From Candidatus Tectimicrobiota bacterium (lineage in GTDB: Bacteria > JACPUC01), in NCBI GenBank assembly GCA_016192455.1, contig JACPUC010000019.1, positions 186,001 through 250,000 of the forward strand: a stretch of DNA of 64,000 nt, given 5' to 3'. Positions within the stretch are counted from its first letter, which is position 1. Each line of letters starts with the position of its first letter. Positions 1 to 9,557 of the stretch are shown one piece after another. The position numbers and the translations under genes were made by a program. The notes under the pieces are model-generated. The model had not been told where the DNA came from and ran no database searches. It saw only the letters and a list, made by a program, of their open reading frames with translations.

Positions 1-1
1 C

Positions 2-142
2 ATCATTGACCGCAAGCTCAGCCCTGTGGAGCGCGCCGAAGTGCTGGTGGTCGAGCTGGCGAAGTATCCCCTGGAGAGCCACTACCTCCCACCCCGCTGT
101 CGCACGCTCCTGGAGAGCACCCGACCTCTCCAGCCAGCCTAA
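2..142 (+). CDS. C-terminal fragment of a hypothetical protein (partial, runs off the left edge)
   Basis: Open frame IIDRKLSPVERAEVLVVELAKYPLESHYLPPRCRTLLESTRPLQPA* ending at TAA 140-142; GC3-rich codons; co-oriented with rimI. Confidence 0.6.
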   Translation: MIDRKLSPVERAEVLVVELAKYPLESHYLPPRCRTLLESTRPLQPA

Positions 143-210
143 GTAATCGCCGTGGACGTGGGTGCCGCTTGCCGCAGCCTCCCGCGACGGGTTGCTGAAG
201 GTGGTGGGTA

Positions 211-798
211 GTGCTGCCGATTTCCATCTCCGATATGCGCGAGAGTGATCTCGATGAGGTCCTCCGCATCGAATGGTCCGTCTTCCCTGAACCCTGGTCG
301 CGCGCCTCGTTCCTGCACGAACTTCGCGAGCACGGGGCGGCGCATCTCTATGTGGCGCGCAGTCTGGCCGCAGGCGGGGCCGAGTCGGCGGGTTCGGCGC
401 GTATCGTCGGCTATGCCGGCATGTGGCTGGTGGTGGACGAGGCGCACATCACCACCCTCGCCACTCATCCCGATTACCGGCGTTGTGGGGTCGCGACGCG
501 TCTGCTCTGGCACCTCTTCACGGTGGCGCGGCAGTGCCGCTGCGTGCGCGCCACGCTCGAGGTGCGTCCCTCCAATGTTGCGGCTCGCCGGCTCTACGAG
601 ATCTTCGGCTTCCTGGCTGTCGGGCGACGAAAACGCTACTATGCGAGCAGTGGCGAGGATGCGCTCATCTTGTCGCGGGAGGGCCTGGCGGAATCGAACC
701 CGCAGGTCGCGGCAGGCGGCTTCCTTGAGAAGTCACGGGGCGGCTGCCGAGCCTCCTTCGCCCCTAACCCCGAACCGATCTTGAGAGAGCTAGACTGA
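211..798 (+). CDS. rimI: Ribosomal-protein-alanine N-acetyltransferase
   Basis: IEWSVFPEPWS, VGYAGMWLVVDEAHITTLATHPDYRRCGVA, ATLEVRPSN, GRRKRYY...EDA motifs. Confidence 0.92.
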   Translation: MLPISISDMRESDLDEVLRIEWSVFPEPWSRASFLHELREHGAAHLYVARSLAAGGAESAGSARIVGYAGMWLVVDEAHITTLATHPDYRRCGVATRLLWHLFTVARQCRCVRATLEVRPSNVAARRLYEIFGFLAVGRRKRYYASSGEDALILSREGLAESNPQVAAGGFLEKSRGGCRASFAPNPEPILRELD

Positions 799-802
799 TC
801 TT

Positions 803-1936
803 ATGCGGCGGTCGACCAGCGCGCACGCGCGCCAGCTTGCACGCGATCTCGAACGGATGACGCTGCTCCTGGAGCTGCACGTCGAGGTGTCGCAGCTCCT
901 CATGGCCTCCGAGGGTCTTGAGAGTATCTTCGCGAAGGTGCTTGAAAAGGTCACGCTGGCTCTGGGTGGCGAGCGGGCGCGCTTCCTTCGCTATGATCCG
1001 TCGCACGCCAGCATGGTGACCATCGGAGCCACCGAGGGAACCATGCCGGTGCATGAGCGGGTTGCCCCCCTGCGCTGGCTCGAAAACTCAGCCCACGAGC
1101 CCCCTCCCATCGAGCTCTTCCAGGTTCTCCCCGCCGACGGCGGCAGCGGCGGGACGGTGCGGCTCACCCTGAAGCCGGGCCTGAGCTGCGAGATCAACCT
1201 GGGGGGAGCCGACGGCGAGGAGCGCGCCGTCTTTCTCCTTGCCGCCCATCAGCACCTCTACGGCATGATCGTTGTGCATGGCATCGATACCTCGATCACC
1301 TCCCCGCTGGACGTCAAGTACTTCGATGTCCTGGCGAACCTGCTCGCCCTGGGGCTGCGCAACGCCATGACCCTCGAGGAGACGGAGCGCCTAGCCACCC
1401 GCGACGGCTTGACCGGGGTGTTCAACCATCTTTACTTCCAGGAGTTCCTCGACTGGGCGTTGCATCGCTCCAGCCGTGAACGGCATCCGCTCGTCCTGGT
1501 GATGCTCGATATCGACGACTTCAAGAAAGTCAACGACCGCTTTGGCCACCCGACCGGCGATGAGGTGCTCTGCCGGCTGGCGGAGAGCTTGCAGAACGGG
1601 CTGCGGAAAAGCGACATGGTGGCGCGGTACGGCGGCGAGGAGTTCGTCGTGGTGCTGCCCGCAACGACGGCAAAGCGTGCCCAGCAGCTCATGGATCGCA
1701 TCGCCAAAACGGTCCGACATGGGGTGGAGTTCGAGGAGGCGCCGGACTACGTCATCACTGTCTCCTGCGGCATCGCCGAGTGGGAGGCCCAGGAGCCGAT
1801 CTCGAAGCGCGAGCTCATCGCCCGCGCCGATCAGGCCATGTACTACGGCAAGCGCCACGGCAAGAACTGCACCATCATCTGGACCCCAGTGCTCATGGCC
1901 GGAATGGAGACCGAGCAGCGCACGAGTGAGGCGTGA
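803..1936 (+). CDS. GAF-GGDEF diguanylate cyclase
   Basis: DGLTGVFN, DIDDFKKVNDRFGH, RKSD I-site, GGEEF active site, ADQAMYYGK; GAF-like N-terminus. Confidence 0.92.
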   Translation: MRRSTSAHARQLARDLERMTLLLELHVEVSQLLMASEGLESIFAKVLEKVTLALGGERARFLRYDPSHASMVTIGATEGTMPVHERVAPLRWLENSAHEPPPIELFQVLPADGGSGGTVRLTLKPGLSCEINLGGADGEERAVFLLAAHQHLYGMIVVHGIDTSITSPLDVKYFDVLANLLALGLRNAMTLEETERLATRDGLTGVFNHLYFQEFLDWALHRSSRERHPLVLVMLDIDDFKKVNDRFGHPTGDEVLCRLAESLQNGLRKSDMVARYGGEEFVVVLPATTAKRAQQLMDRIAKTVRHGVEFEEAPDYVITVSCGIAEWEAQEPISKRELIARADQAMYYGKRHGKNCTIIWTPVLMAGMETEQRTSEA

Positions 1937-2087
1937 GAAGGCCTCGCGGCCAATGGGGAAGGAGTAAGGAGGGCAAGGAAGAGCTGGGGAGAAAACCTCC
2001 CCTGTTGAGCCGAGCGCGGCCGCCCGGTGCGCGGGGACAGGGAGACGCCCCCCAAGGGCTCAGCCTGGCAGGAGAGGGAGGAAGAGT

Positions 2088-3491
2088 CTACTCATATTTC
2101 AGGGCTGAGAGTTCCCTGCCGACGGCTTGGCCGAGACGGGCGATAGACAAGTTGTACTGGTAGAGGGACTCGAAGAACGACTTCTCCGTCGTCGCAAAGG
2201 AGACGAGGGCATCGATGAGGTCCCGCGACTCCTTGAGTCCGAAGGTGAAGTTGGAGCTCTCCAAAGCCAACAAGCCGCGCGCCAGCTTCACGCCGTTACG
2301 GAAATTGGCGATGTTCGCCGCCGCCTCTTTCGCCTCCAGGTAGCGCTTCTTCACTTCCAGAGGAATCCCCGTCGTCGCAAAGTCCTGCTTGGCGAGAAGC
2401 TGCTCATACTCCGAGCGCGCGCGCTTCACCTCCGCCTGGTTCTTCAGGAACCCCAGGTCCCACTTGAAGCCCAAGGCTACGTACGATTCCAAAAAGTTGA
2501 ACGGGTCGTTGACGAAGGGATTGGTTTGACGGTCAACACTCGTCGAGTGTCCGCCGCGGGCGCCGCCGGCAATGAAGAACCTCGGCCAGTAATCGCTCTC
2601 TTCCGCCTTCACGAGATGGTCCTTCGCCGCGATGCCGGCGCGTAAGCGGCGCAGCTCGGGTCGATGCTGCAGCGCCATCTCAACGTACATCTCAAGATTG
2701 AGCAGCTCGACTTCCTCGCGGCGCAGCGCCGTCTCGGTGATCTCGAGCCCCGTGCCGGGTTTGACCCCCAACTGATGCCCGAGGGCGGAGCGGGCCAGCT
2801 CAATCGACTTGTTGATCTCCTCCTTCTGCTGATTGATCACCACCTGCGCCACCTGTAGGCGCAGCACATCCGTCTGCGCGCCGCGATCACGCTCGAGGAG
2901 CACCTGCGCGTCGTGCTGCGCGTCCTTCACGATGTCTTCAATCTCGAGCAGCACCTCGTTCAGCTCGCGCGCCAGCAGCAGCCCGTAGTAGAACTCCTTG
3001 ACCTTCAGGACCACCTCGTCGCGGGTCTGCTCAACGCGGGCGCGCTCCGCCGCAAGACCCTGCCGCGCCGCCTGCCGCAGGTTCGTGATCTTGCCGAAGG
3101 TGAAGAGGGGTTGCACGATGCTCAGGTCGGCGCTGGAGAAGAGCCCGATGCTGCCGGTGTTGCCGGTATCAAGACGAGCCCGGTCATCGCGCGGGGCCAG
3201 GACGTCGCCGCGATATTCCGGAGAGGGGGCGACGAAAGCGCCCAGCTCGATACTCGGGAAGAGCGCCGCATTCGCCTCATCCAGGAAGGATTCCGCCGCG
3301 CCGATCTTCAGGCGCGCCTCTTTCAACTCCGCATTGTTCTTCAGGGCCGTAGCGATGCTCTGCGCCAAGTCCAGGCGCAGCGCGGCCGCTTCGGCCTTGG
3401 CCGCGGCAGGCTGCTGCGCCGCGGCGCCGACGGGAAACGCCAACCAGCCAAGAAGGCAGAGGATCAACCCAACGGGTGCGGCGTAACGCAT
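2088..3491 (-). CDS. TolC-family outer-membrane efflux protein
   Basis: Signal peptide from ATG 3491; LAQSIATALKNN, QPLFTFGK, RPEL, YNLSIARLGQAVG OEP-repeat pattern. Confidence 0.85.
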   Translation of the reverse strand: MRYAAPVGLILCLLGWLAFPVGAAAQQPAAAKAEAAALRLDLAQSIATALKNNAELKEARLKIGAAESFLDEANAALFPSIELGAFVAPSPEYRGDVLAPRDDRARLDTGNTGSIGLFSSADLSIVQPLFTFGKITNLRQAARQGLAAERARVEQTRDEVVLKVKEFYYGLLLARELNEVLLEIEDIVKDAQHDAQVLLERDRGAQTDVLRLQVAQVVINQQKEEINKSIELARSALGHQLGVKPGTGLEITETALRREEVELLNLEMYVEMALQHRPELRRLRAGIAAKDHLVKAEESDYWPRFFIAGGARGGHSTSVDRQTNPFVNDPFNFLESYVALGFKWDLGFLKNQAEVKRARSEYEQLLAKQDFATTGIPLEVKKRYLEAKEAAANIANFRNGVKLARGLLALESSNFTFGLKESRDLIDALVSFATTEKSFFESLYQYNLSIARLGQAVGRELSALKYE

Positions 3492-3844
3492 GAGAGCTCC
3501 GTGACCGCGAGGAAAACGGTGCATCAGGAGGTTGGGACCACAAGCAAGCGCCCAGCGGAACAGTGGAAGAAACGCTTGACCTGATACGCTAGAGCATAGC
3601 ATATCCTGGCTGGCGCGCCAGAGAATTTTGCGCCTTGCCGCGCGGTGCTGAACCGAGCGGCTCGGCGCCCCGCCGGCGGCTGCTCGCCCGCGCGCCCAGG
3701 GGGTCGTGGCCCTTTTCTCGCCGCCTTCGCTCCGCGGGGTCCAGGCAAGGAGGGGGTGGCAGCGCGGCGCTTCCGTAGACGACAGGCGCTCACCTGACCA
3801 ACGCGCGTGAGCCCCACGCTCTCTTCCTCACCCGCCGATCTGGC

Positions 3845-4516
3845 CTACGGAGTTCCTGGCGTGCCTCCCTGGTGGTTTCTCGCCGGCGGGCTGACGAGGG
3901 CATCCAAATCAGCCACCCGCACCCTCATGGTCTTGATGAGCTCGTCATACGAGGACGAAAGGATGATGCGGTTGAACTGGGAGCGAAAGTTGTTCACCAG
4001 GCTGAGGCCTTCGATCATCACGTCGTAGACCTTCCAGTCGGTGTCCTCTTTCAGCATCTTATAGTCAATGGCAACATCCTCATGTTTCAGCCGCACCGCC
4101 GTCCGGACCTTGGCATAGTCGCCGTCGATCTGCTGGTCGACGACCACGATCTTCTCACCCGAGTAGGTCTCGATTTTGTAGGCGTAGTCACTCTCCAGCA
4201 GCTTGGAGAAGAGGTCGACGAACTCCTGGCGCTCCGGCTCGCTGCGCCGGCTCCAGTGCGTCGCCAGGGAACGGCGCGCCATCTCCGTGTAGTCGAATCG
4301 ACGCGAGACCGCCTGGCGCAGTTGGCGACGGCGCTCGGCGGCCTTCTCAAGACCCTTCAAGTCGGGGTTGGAAACGATCCTCAGGACTTCTTCGACCGAT
4401 GCCTCGACCAGGAGTCGCGGTTCCGAAGCGCGCGCCGAGCTGGCAAGCAGAACGATCACTGACAAAACCAGGATAAGGGGAACGACGTGATGTAATCGCA
4501 CCCGCCTCATACGCAT
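3845..4516 (-). CDS. mlaC: MlaC/Ttg2D phospholipid-binding periplasmic protein
   Basis: FDYTEMARRSL, WKVYDVMIEGLSLVNNFRSQF; RBS GAGGAGG before ATG 4516. Confidence 0.88.
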   Translation of the reverse strand: MRMRRVRLHHVVPLILVLSVIVLLASSARASEPRLLVEASVEEVLRIVSNPDLKGLEKAAERRRQLRQAVSRRFDYTEMARRSLATHWSRRSEPERQEFVDLFSKLLESDYAYKIETYSGEKIVVVDQQIDGDYAKVRTAVRLKHEDVAIDYKMLKEDTDWKVYDVMIEGLSLVNNFRSQFNRIILSSSYDELIKTMRVRVADLDALVSPPARNHQGGTPGTP

Positions 4517-4578
4517 CGAGCCTCCTCTGGCGTCTTCAGCAGACCTTCCGTTGATCGCGGCGGAGAGGTCCGTCATCC

Positions 4579-5016
4579 TCAAACCTTGCCCAGGACGAAT
4601 CGTCGGATGAGCTCCTCAAGTTGAATGGGGCTCTCCGTCTCGCGGATGAGCCCTCCCGGCGGGATGATGCGATTCGACCCGCCCAGGGAGATTTGCACGT
4701 ACTTGTCCCCAATGATGCCCTTGGTCCGAATCGACGCAATGGCATCGTCTTGGAGTTTGACGCTCTTGGCGAGGCTCAGCGTCACCCTGGCCCGATCCAC
4801 CGCCAGGGTGATCTCGTCCACCCGTCCCACTTCCACGCCGGCGACCTCGACACTGGCTCCAGGTTTCAACCCGGCGGCAGACTCGAACTGCGCATAGACG
4901 ACGTACCGTTCCGCTCCCAGCGACAGGTTGCCGAGGTTGATCGCCAGGTAGGCCAGAGAGGCTAATCCAAGGAGAACAAAAGCCCCCACGATCGTTTCCG
5001 TGCTTCTGCTCGCCAC
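4579..5016 (-). CDS. mlaD: MlaD MCE-domain protein
   Basis: N-terminal TM, GLKPGASVEVAGVEVGRV, ASIRTKGIIGDKYV. Confidence 0.92.
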   Translation of the reverse strand: MASRSTETIVGAFVLLGLASLAYLAINLGNLSLGAERYVVYAQFESAAGLKPGASVEVAGVEVGRVDEITLAVDRARVTLSLAKSVKLQDDAIASIRTKGIIGDKYVQISLGGSNRIIPPGGLIRETESPIQLEELIRRFVLGKV

Positions 5017-5042
5017 TGCCTTGCGACCTCGCTGCAGGGCTC

Positions 5043-5792
5043 TCAGTTATCCAGCACCAGGGGCCCCTCAATGGTGGCGCCAAGAAACTGCTGGACAACG
5101 GGATGCGCCGACGCGCGCAACTCTTCCGGTGTGCCCTGGGCCACAATTTGCCCATCATACATCAATGCCACCTGATGCGCGATGTCGAAAATTTGTGGGA
5201 TCGAGTGGGAGACCACCACCGCGGTAAAGCCGAACTGTCGCTGCGTATCCCTGATCAAGCGATGAATCGCATGCTCCATGAGGGGATCGAGTCCCGTCGT
5301 CGGCTCATCAAAGAGGATGATCGCGGGGTCCATGACGAGGGCGCGCGCCAGGCCGACGCGTTTCTTCATGCCGCCGCTCAGCTCCGCGGGGTACTTGTGC
5401 GCCATCTCCTCGAGGTCCACTTGCCGCAAGCGCTCGCGGGTGCGCCGGCGAATCTCCTCCTCGCGCAGGGTGGTCTTCTCGCGCAGGGGGAACGCGACGT
5501 TGTCGAAGACGTTCAGCGAATCGAAAAGCGCCGCGCTCTGGAAGAGCATGCCGAAGCGCCGGCGCGCCACATTGAGCTCTTTTTTGCGCAAGCGCGAGAT
5601 CTCCTGCTCATCCACGTAGATGGACCCCCGGTCCGGCTTCAGGAGACCGATGCAATGTTTCAGCAAAACCGTCTTGCCGCAGCCGCTGCGCCCGATGATG
5701 GCCGTGGTCTTGCCGCTGGGCATGTCGAGATCAATGCCGCGCAGCACGAGCTGATCGCCGAACTGCTTCCAGAGGCCACGGATGCTGAGCAT
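5043..5792 (-). CDS. mlaF: MlaF ABC transporter ATPase
   Basis: Walker A GRSGCGKT, FQSAALFDS, LSGGMKKR, DEPTTGLDP. Confidence 0.92.
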   Translation of the reverse strand: MLSIRGLWKQFGDQLVLRGIDLDMPSGKTTAIIGRSGCGKTVLLKHCIGLLKPDRGSIYVDEQEISRLRKKELNVARRRFGMLFQSAALFDSLNVFDNVAFPLREKTTLREEEIRRRTRERLRQVDLEEMAHKYPAELSGGMKKRVGLARALVMDPAIILFDEPTTGLDPLMEHAIHRLIRDTQRQFGFTAVVVSHSIPQIFDIAHQVALMYDGQIVAQGTPEELRASAHPVVQQFLGATIEGPLVLDN

Positions 5793-5805
5793 GCGGCGCC
5801 CAACC

Positions 5806-6585
5806 TTATAACAGCACGGAGGTGAGCAAGTAATCCCACATGAAGATGAGCGCCGAGCTGAGGACAACCGCGGTGGTGGTGGCGCGGCTCACCCCCGCGG
5901 CGCCGCGCTCGGCGAAGTATCCCATGTAGCAGCAGACCCAGGCAATGATGCAGCCGAAACAGAGCGACTTGATGAGGCCGCCGATGATGTCCACCATCTC
6001 CACACTGCTGCGCATCTCGCCAAAGTACGCGCCGGGATTCACCCCCAAGAGCTTCACCCCGATGATGTAGCCACCATAGATGCCGACGACGTCGAAGAAG
6101 GCGGTGAGCAACGGCACAGCCACGATGCTGCCGGCCAAACGCGGCGCCACCAGGAACTTCATGGGGTCGATCGCCATCGTGTCCAGGGCGTCAATCTGCT
6201 CGCTGATGCGCATGATGCCGATCTCGGCCGCCATCGAGGAGCCGGCCCGACCGGTGACCATCAGCGCCGTCAACACCGGCCCCAGCTCGCGGATGAGACT
6301 GAGGGCCACCGCCGAGCCGAGCAGCGTCTCGGAACCGAACTTGCTCAAGGTGTAGTAGCCTTGCAGCCCCAGGACCATGCCGGTGAAGGCGGCGGTGATG
6401 AAGACGACGAAGAGCGACTGCACGCCGATGTCGTAGACCTGCTGGATGCTCCGCCGCAGCTTCGCGGGCGGCAGAAAAATCCACCCCAGGCCGACGCCAA
6501 GGAAGAGGACCATCCGCCCCATAAACTGCGTGCCCCGCATGGCGGAGGCGCCAACCCACGCCACCGGAGACCTGGGCTGTGACAT
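5806..6585 (-). CDS. mlaE: MlaE ABC permease
   Basis: RELGPVLTALMVTGRAGSSMAAEIG..EQIDAL, GAAGVSRATT; start approximate. Confidence 0.92.
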   Translation of the reverse strand: MSQPRSPVAWVGASAMRGTQFMGRMVLFLGVGLGWIFLPPAKLRRSIQQVYDIGVQSLFVVFITAAFTGMVLGLQGYYTLSKFGSETLLGSAVALSLIRELGPVLTALMVTGRAGSSMAAEIGIMRISEQIDALDTMAIDPMKFLVAPRLAGSIVAVPLLTAFFDVVGIYGGYIIGVKLLGVNPGAYFGEMRSSVEMVDIIGGLIKSLCFGCIIAWVCCYMGYFAERGAAGVSRATTTAVVLSSALIFMWDYLLTSVLL

Positions 6586-6703
6586 CTCCCTGTCGCCAAG
6601 CGAGGCGGGAACCGCTGGAGGTACCGGAGCGCCACCCATGGAGTCATTTCCTTGGAAGAAAACGGGAGGGCAAACAAGCCCTTCTGGCAGCAAGAGGGGG
6701 CAA

Positions 6704-6720
6704 GGCAACTCCACTGCCGA
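6704..6720 (-). promoter_or_regulatory. Candidate sigma54 -24/-12 promoter for the mla operon
   Basis: Minus strand TCGGCAGTGGAGTTGCC = GG-N10-GC with TTGC, ~120 bp upstream of mlaE; imperfect -24 box. Confidence 0.3.
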
Positions 6721-6841
6721 TCCAGCAGCGCAGTTCTCAGGGGCCACCGCCGCTCGTTTGGAAGGCGCGCTTCCGACAGCGTCCTCGGCACCCGTCAGGA
6801 TTCTTCCACCGCCCCCTGTTCTTACATCAAGACGGCTGAAA

Positions 6842-6854
6842 TATCAACAGATTG
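6842..6854. promoter_or_regulatory. IHF-type site
   Basis: TATCAACAGATTG matches WATCAANNNNTTR in an AT-richer intergenic patch. Confidence 0.4.
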
Positions 6855-7173
6855 CTTGACCATCTCCTGCTTGTGGGTTGCCTAGCGCCACAGGCGGGGC
6901 CGTCGCCAACGAACCGCTGCTCCCTTGGGCTGCCACGCTTGCCATTCCAGGCGAGCGTGGAGCGCGACGCCGTGGGCCTGAGCGCGCCTTTCAACCCGCA
7001 CATCTGCAAACATGGGAGGAATGCCCGCGGGGAGTCAGCAAGTCAGGAATCGGCGCGACCACACCACGATGAATCACGCGGGGTGCCACGGGGAGGAAAG
7101 GCGGAGTTCGGGAGAACTGGGGGTATGACGGGAAGTTTGCCGCATGAGCCGTTCTTTGACAGAAGCGGAAAGC

Positions 7174-7210
7174 ACTCTGGCCGGAGGCTGCCGCAGCCTT
7201 CGGCCAGAGT
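7174..7210 (-). terminator. Stem-loop downstream of the class II cytochrome c gene
   Basis: ACTCTGGCCGGAGGCTG-ccg-CAGCCTTCGGCCAGAGT 17-bp stem ~50 bp past the stop. Confidence 0.6.
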
Positions 7211-7258
7211 ATCGCCACGCCAACCGCCACAACGCCGCTACCCAGACAGGTGTTGATC

Positions 7259-7657
7259 TTAATTCTGCGGCTTATCACGAACCTCGCTATGGCACTTGTG
7301 GCAGGTCTCGAAGAGGAGGGCGAAGTGCTTCACCACTTCGTCCTTGTTCTTCTCCTTGGCAAACTTCGCAATATGGCCCGCGTGATCCGCCACTTGCCCA
7401 TAAAACTCCTTGGTCTTGGCGGCAAGCTGCGGATTCTGCATCACCATGCGTTGGCGCTTCTCCATATCTGTGCTGATAGCAACAAGGGCATCGAAGTCGT
7501 AGGTCACGATGCTCTGCACGATGCCGGTGACATCACGGAGCTGCGCCACCATGAGGCGGTTGACAGGTTTCAGCTCGGCACTGGCGGGGGTGCTCATCAC
7601 CCCGGCCAGCAGAACACCCAGCAGCGCTCCCAGAACGAGAACCATCCGTCGCTTCAT
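7259..7657 (-). CDS. Periplasmic class II (cytochrome c'-like) monoheme cytochrome c
   Basis: Signal peptide MKRRMVLVLGALLGVLL..ASA, helical body, single C-terminal CHKCH; RBS GAGGGGG. Confidence 0.8.
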   Translation of the reverse strand: MKRRMVLVLGALLGVLLAGVMSTPASAELKPVNRLMVAQLRDVTGIVQSIVTYDFDALVAISTDMEKRQRMVMQNPQLAAKTKEFYGQVADHAGHIAKFAKEKNKDEVVKHFALLFETCHKCHSEVRDKPQN

Positions 7658-8085
7658 CTGTTGTCCCCCTCTCTGTGTACGGTCGCGGATCGGCGCCGGC
7701 ACTCCGGCGCCTTCAGGTGAACTGCAGGCCTCGCCACGCCTCCAAGCCCCGACAAAGGAAGCAAGCCTCCTCCCGGCAGCGGGCAGGGAAGCGAGGGTTG
7801 GCGCGAGAGTATACTCGTGGAGACTTGCGCAAGCAAGTGGTCTGTCCACCCCGGGGAAGAAAGGAGGAAAACAAGGCTGCGGCTTCGAGCACGGAGAAAA
7901 GCGCGACCCTGAGCGGTCACCCGGCCTCGGCGCCGTCCTCCCGTGCGGGCGGCTGTGACCCAACGCGGCGACGACGGCGTGGCGCCGGCGTCCGACTCAC
8001 CCGCCCGCGTTCAGCTTGTGTTACGTCTCACAAATTCCATCCTTCATTCGCCGCCTCCTTACGTGCTATGCGGGGGGCAAGTCTT

Positions 8086-8191
8086 GCGGGGGACCCTTGC
8101 TCCCCCCCACCCCCACTTCCCGCGAGCTGTAGGGGCGGTTCGCGAACCGCCCCTACGATGAGGGGTGCGCGAGGGGGCAAGGCTCCCTCGC
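8086..8191 (-). repeat. Dispersed three-hairpin intergenic element, copy 1 (contains a nested REP)
   Basis: Reverse complement aligns by eye with 33091-33182 and 53153-53244. Confidence 0.75.
8129..8156. repeat. GTAG-type REP palindrome, copy 1
   Basis: GTAGGGGCGGTTCGCGAACCGCCCCTAC, perfect 28-bp palindrome identical to 53066-53093. Confidence 0.9.
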
Positions 8192-8267
8192 AAATCTCTG
8201 CGATCTTTTCGAGAAACAGCACCGTAGCTTGCCTCGCAGGCCGGCCAAGGCGGCCGGCTCGCAGGGG

Positions 8268-9557
8268 TCAGGGCTGGCGGCGACCGCGCCCGGCTAGAGT
8301 TCCCCCCACCCCCGCCAGCAGGATCGCGCCGGCCACCAACGCGACGCGATCCCACCAGAGCAGGCGTTGGCGCGCCAGGATCAGCCGTTCAAGATTGGCC
8401 AGCCCAGGCTCCATCTCCTCGCTCAGCCGCCTCAGGCGCGGCAGGTCGAGCCGGTGCTGCTCCAGGCCGAAGCGCTGCCGCCAGCGCCGCTCCAGGCGCT
8501 GCAGGTTCTTCTCCAGGGGAGGGGAGGGAATGCCATGCCGGCGCTGCGCGGCGAGCAGGGCGGTCGTCCTCGCCAGGCGCCGGCGCGCCTGCGCGGCCGC
8601 GTCCTGGACACCGACGAGGTAGCGCACCGCGGCGCTCTCCGGTTGCTTCTGCGGCTCGTGGCAGCGCACACACACGCCGTCGCGCCCCAGCATCGCATCA
8701 TCCGGTCGCTTGATCGCGTGGCTGCCGTGACAGATGGAGCAGTTGACCTCATCGAGGCGATGCGGGTGGCCGCTCGGAAACTGGGCGCGTTCGCGCCCAT
8801 GGCAGCGGCCGCAGACGTCGTAGACCTTCTGCTGCTTGTAGTTCCGGTTCTCGTGCCCGCGGTGGCAACCGGCGCAGGTGGGAGCTTCCCCGGGGGGGAG
8901 GCTGGCCGCCCACTTCCCATGCACGCTCGCCTCCACCCAGGAAGGGATACGGCTGTCAAAGTTATACTTGCTGATGTAGTCGCGATCCCCGTGGCAGCGC
9001 CCGCAGGTGGCGTTCATGTTCAGCGGATGGCTCAGCGATTCGGGGTCGGTGACGCGCCGCGTGCCGTGAGCGCGGTGGCAATCAGCGCAGTCGGCGGCAT
9101 CGGTGTTCTGGTTCGTCAGCAGGGCATGGCCATGGTCGCCGCGTTTGTAACGCTGCACCGAGTCCCGCTGGAGCAGGACGTGGCGCCATGGCTCCTGGCG
9201 CTCGTGCTCTGCATCGTGGCACGGCCCGCACGCCGCCAGCACGTCGTAGGCGTTCTTCAAGGCGCCGCGGAAGCCGGCCTCCTTCGACTCCGCCTCGGCG
9301 CGCGTCGCTTTCGTGGCATCGCCGCCGTGGCAATCCGCGCAGCGTATGCCATAGGCGGCGTGGATGCTGGCCTCCATCTCCCGCGCCGCGGGCTGCGCGC
9401 GATGGCAGTCCAGGCAGGTATCCGGCTGGGCCGGAGCCCCCGCCGCCCCGCGACTCCCCGACAGCGAGACCACAAGCAGCAGCCCCGCCAGCGCGGCCAG
9501 TCGCCACGCCGGCGGCGGCATCCCGCGCACCAACGGCAGGGAGAGGGAGTGGCTCAC
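8268..9557 (-). CDS. Membrane-anchored nonaheme cytochrome c
   Basis: Nine CxxCH (CLDCH, CADCH, CGPCH, CADCH, CGRCH, CAGCH, CGRCH, CSICH, CVRCH), N-terminal signal, C-terminal TM; GTG 9557 overlaps the cytochrome b stop (GTGA). Confidence 0.9.
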   Translation of the reverse strand: MSHSLSLPLVRGMPPPAWRLAALAGLLLVVSLSGSRGAAGAPAQPDTCLDCHRAQPAAREMEASIHAAYGIRCADCHGGDATKATRAEAESKEAGFRGALKNAYDVLAACGPCHDAEHERQEPWRHVLLQRDSVQRYKRGDHGHALLTNQNTDAADCADCHRAHGTRRVTDPESLSHPLNMNATCGRCHGDRDYISKYNFDSRIPSWVEASVHGKWAASLPPGEAPTCAGCHRGHENRNYKQQKVYDVCGRCHGRERAQFPSGHPHRLDEVNCSICHGSHAIKRPDDAMLGRDGVCVRCHEPQKQPESAAVRYLVGVQDAAAQARRRLARTTALLAAQRRHGIPSPPLEKNLQRLERRWRQRFGLEQHRLDLPRLRRLSEEMEPGLANLERLILARQRLLWWDRVALVAGAILLAGVGGTLAGRGRRQP

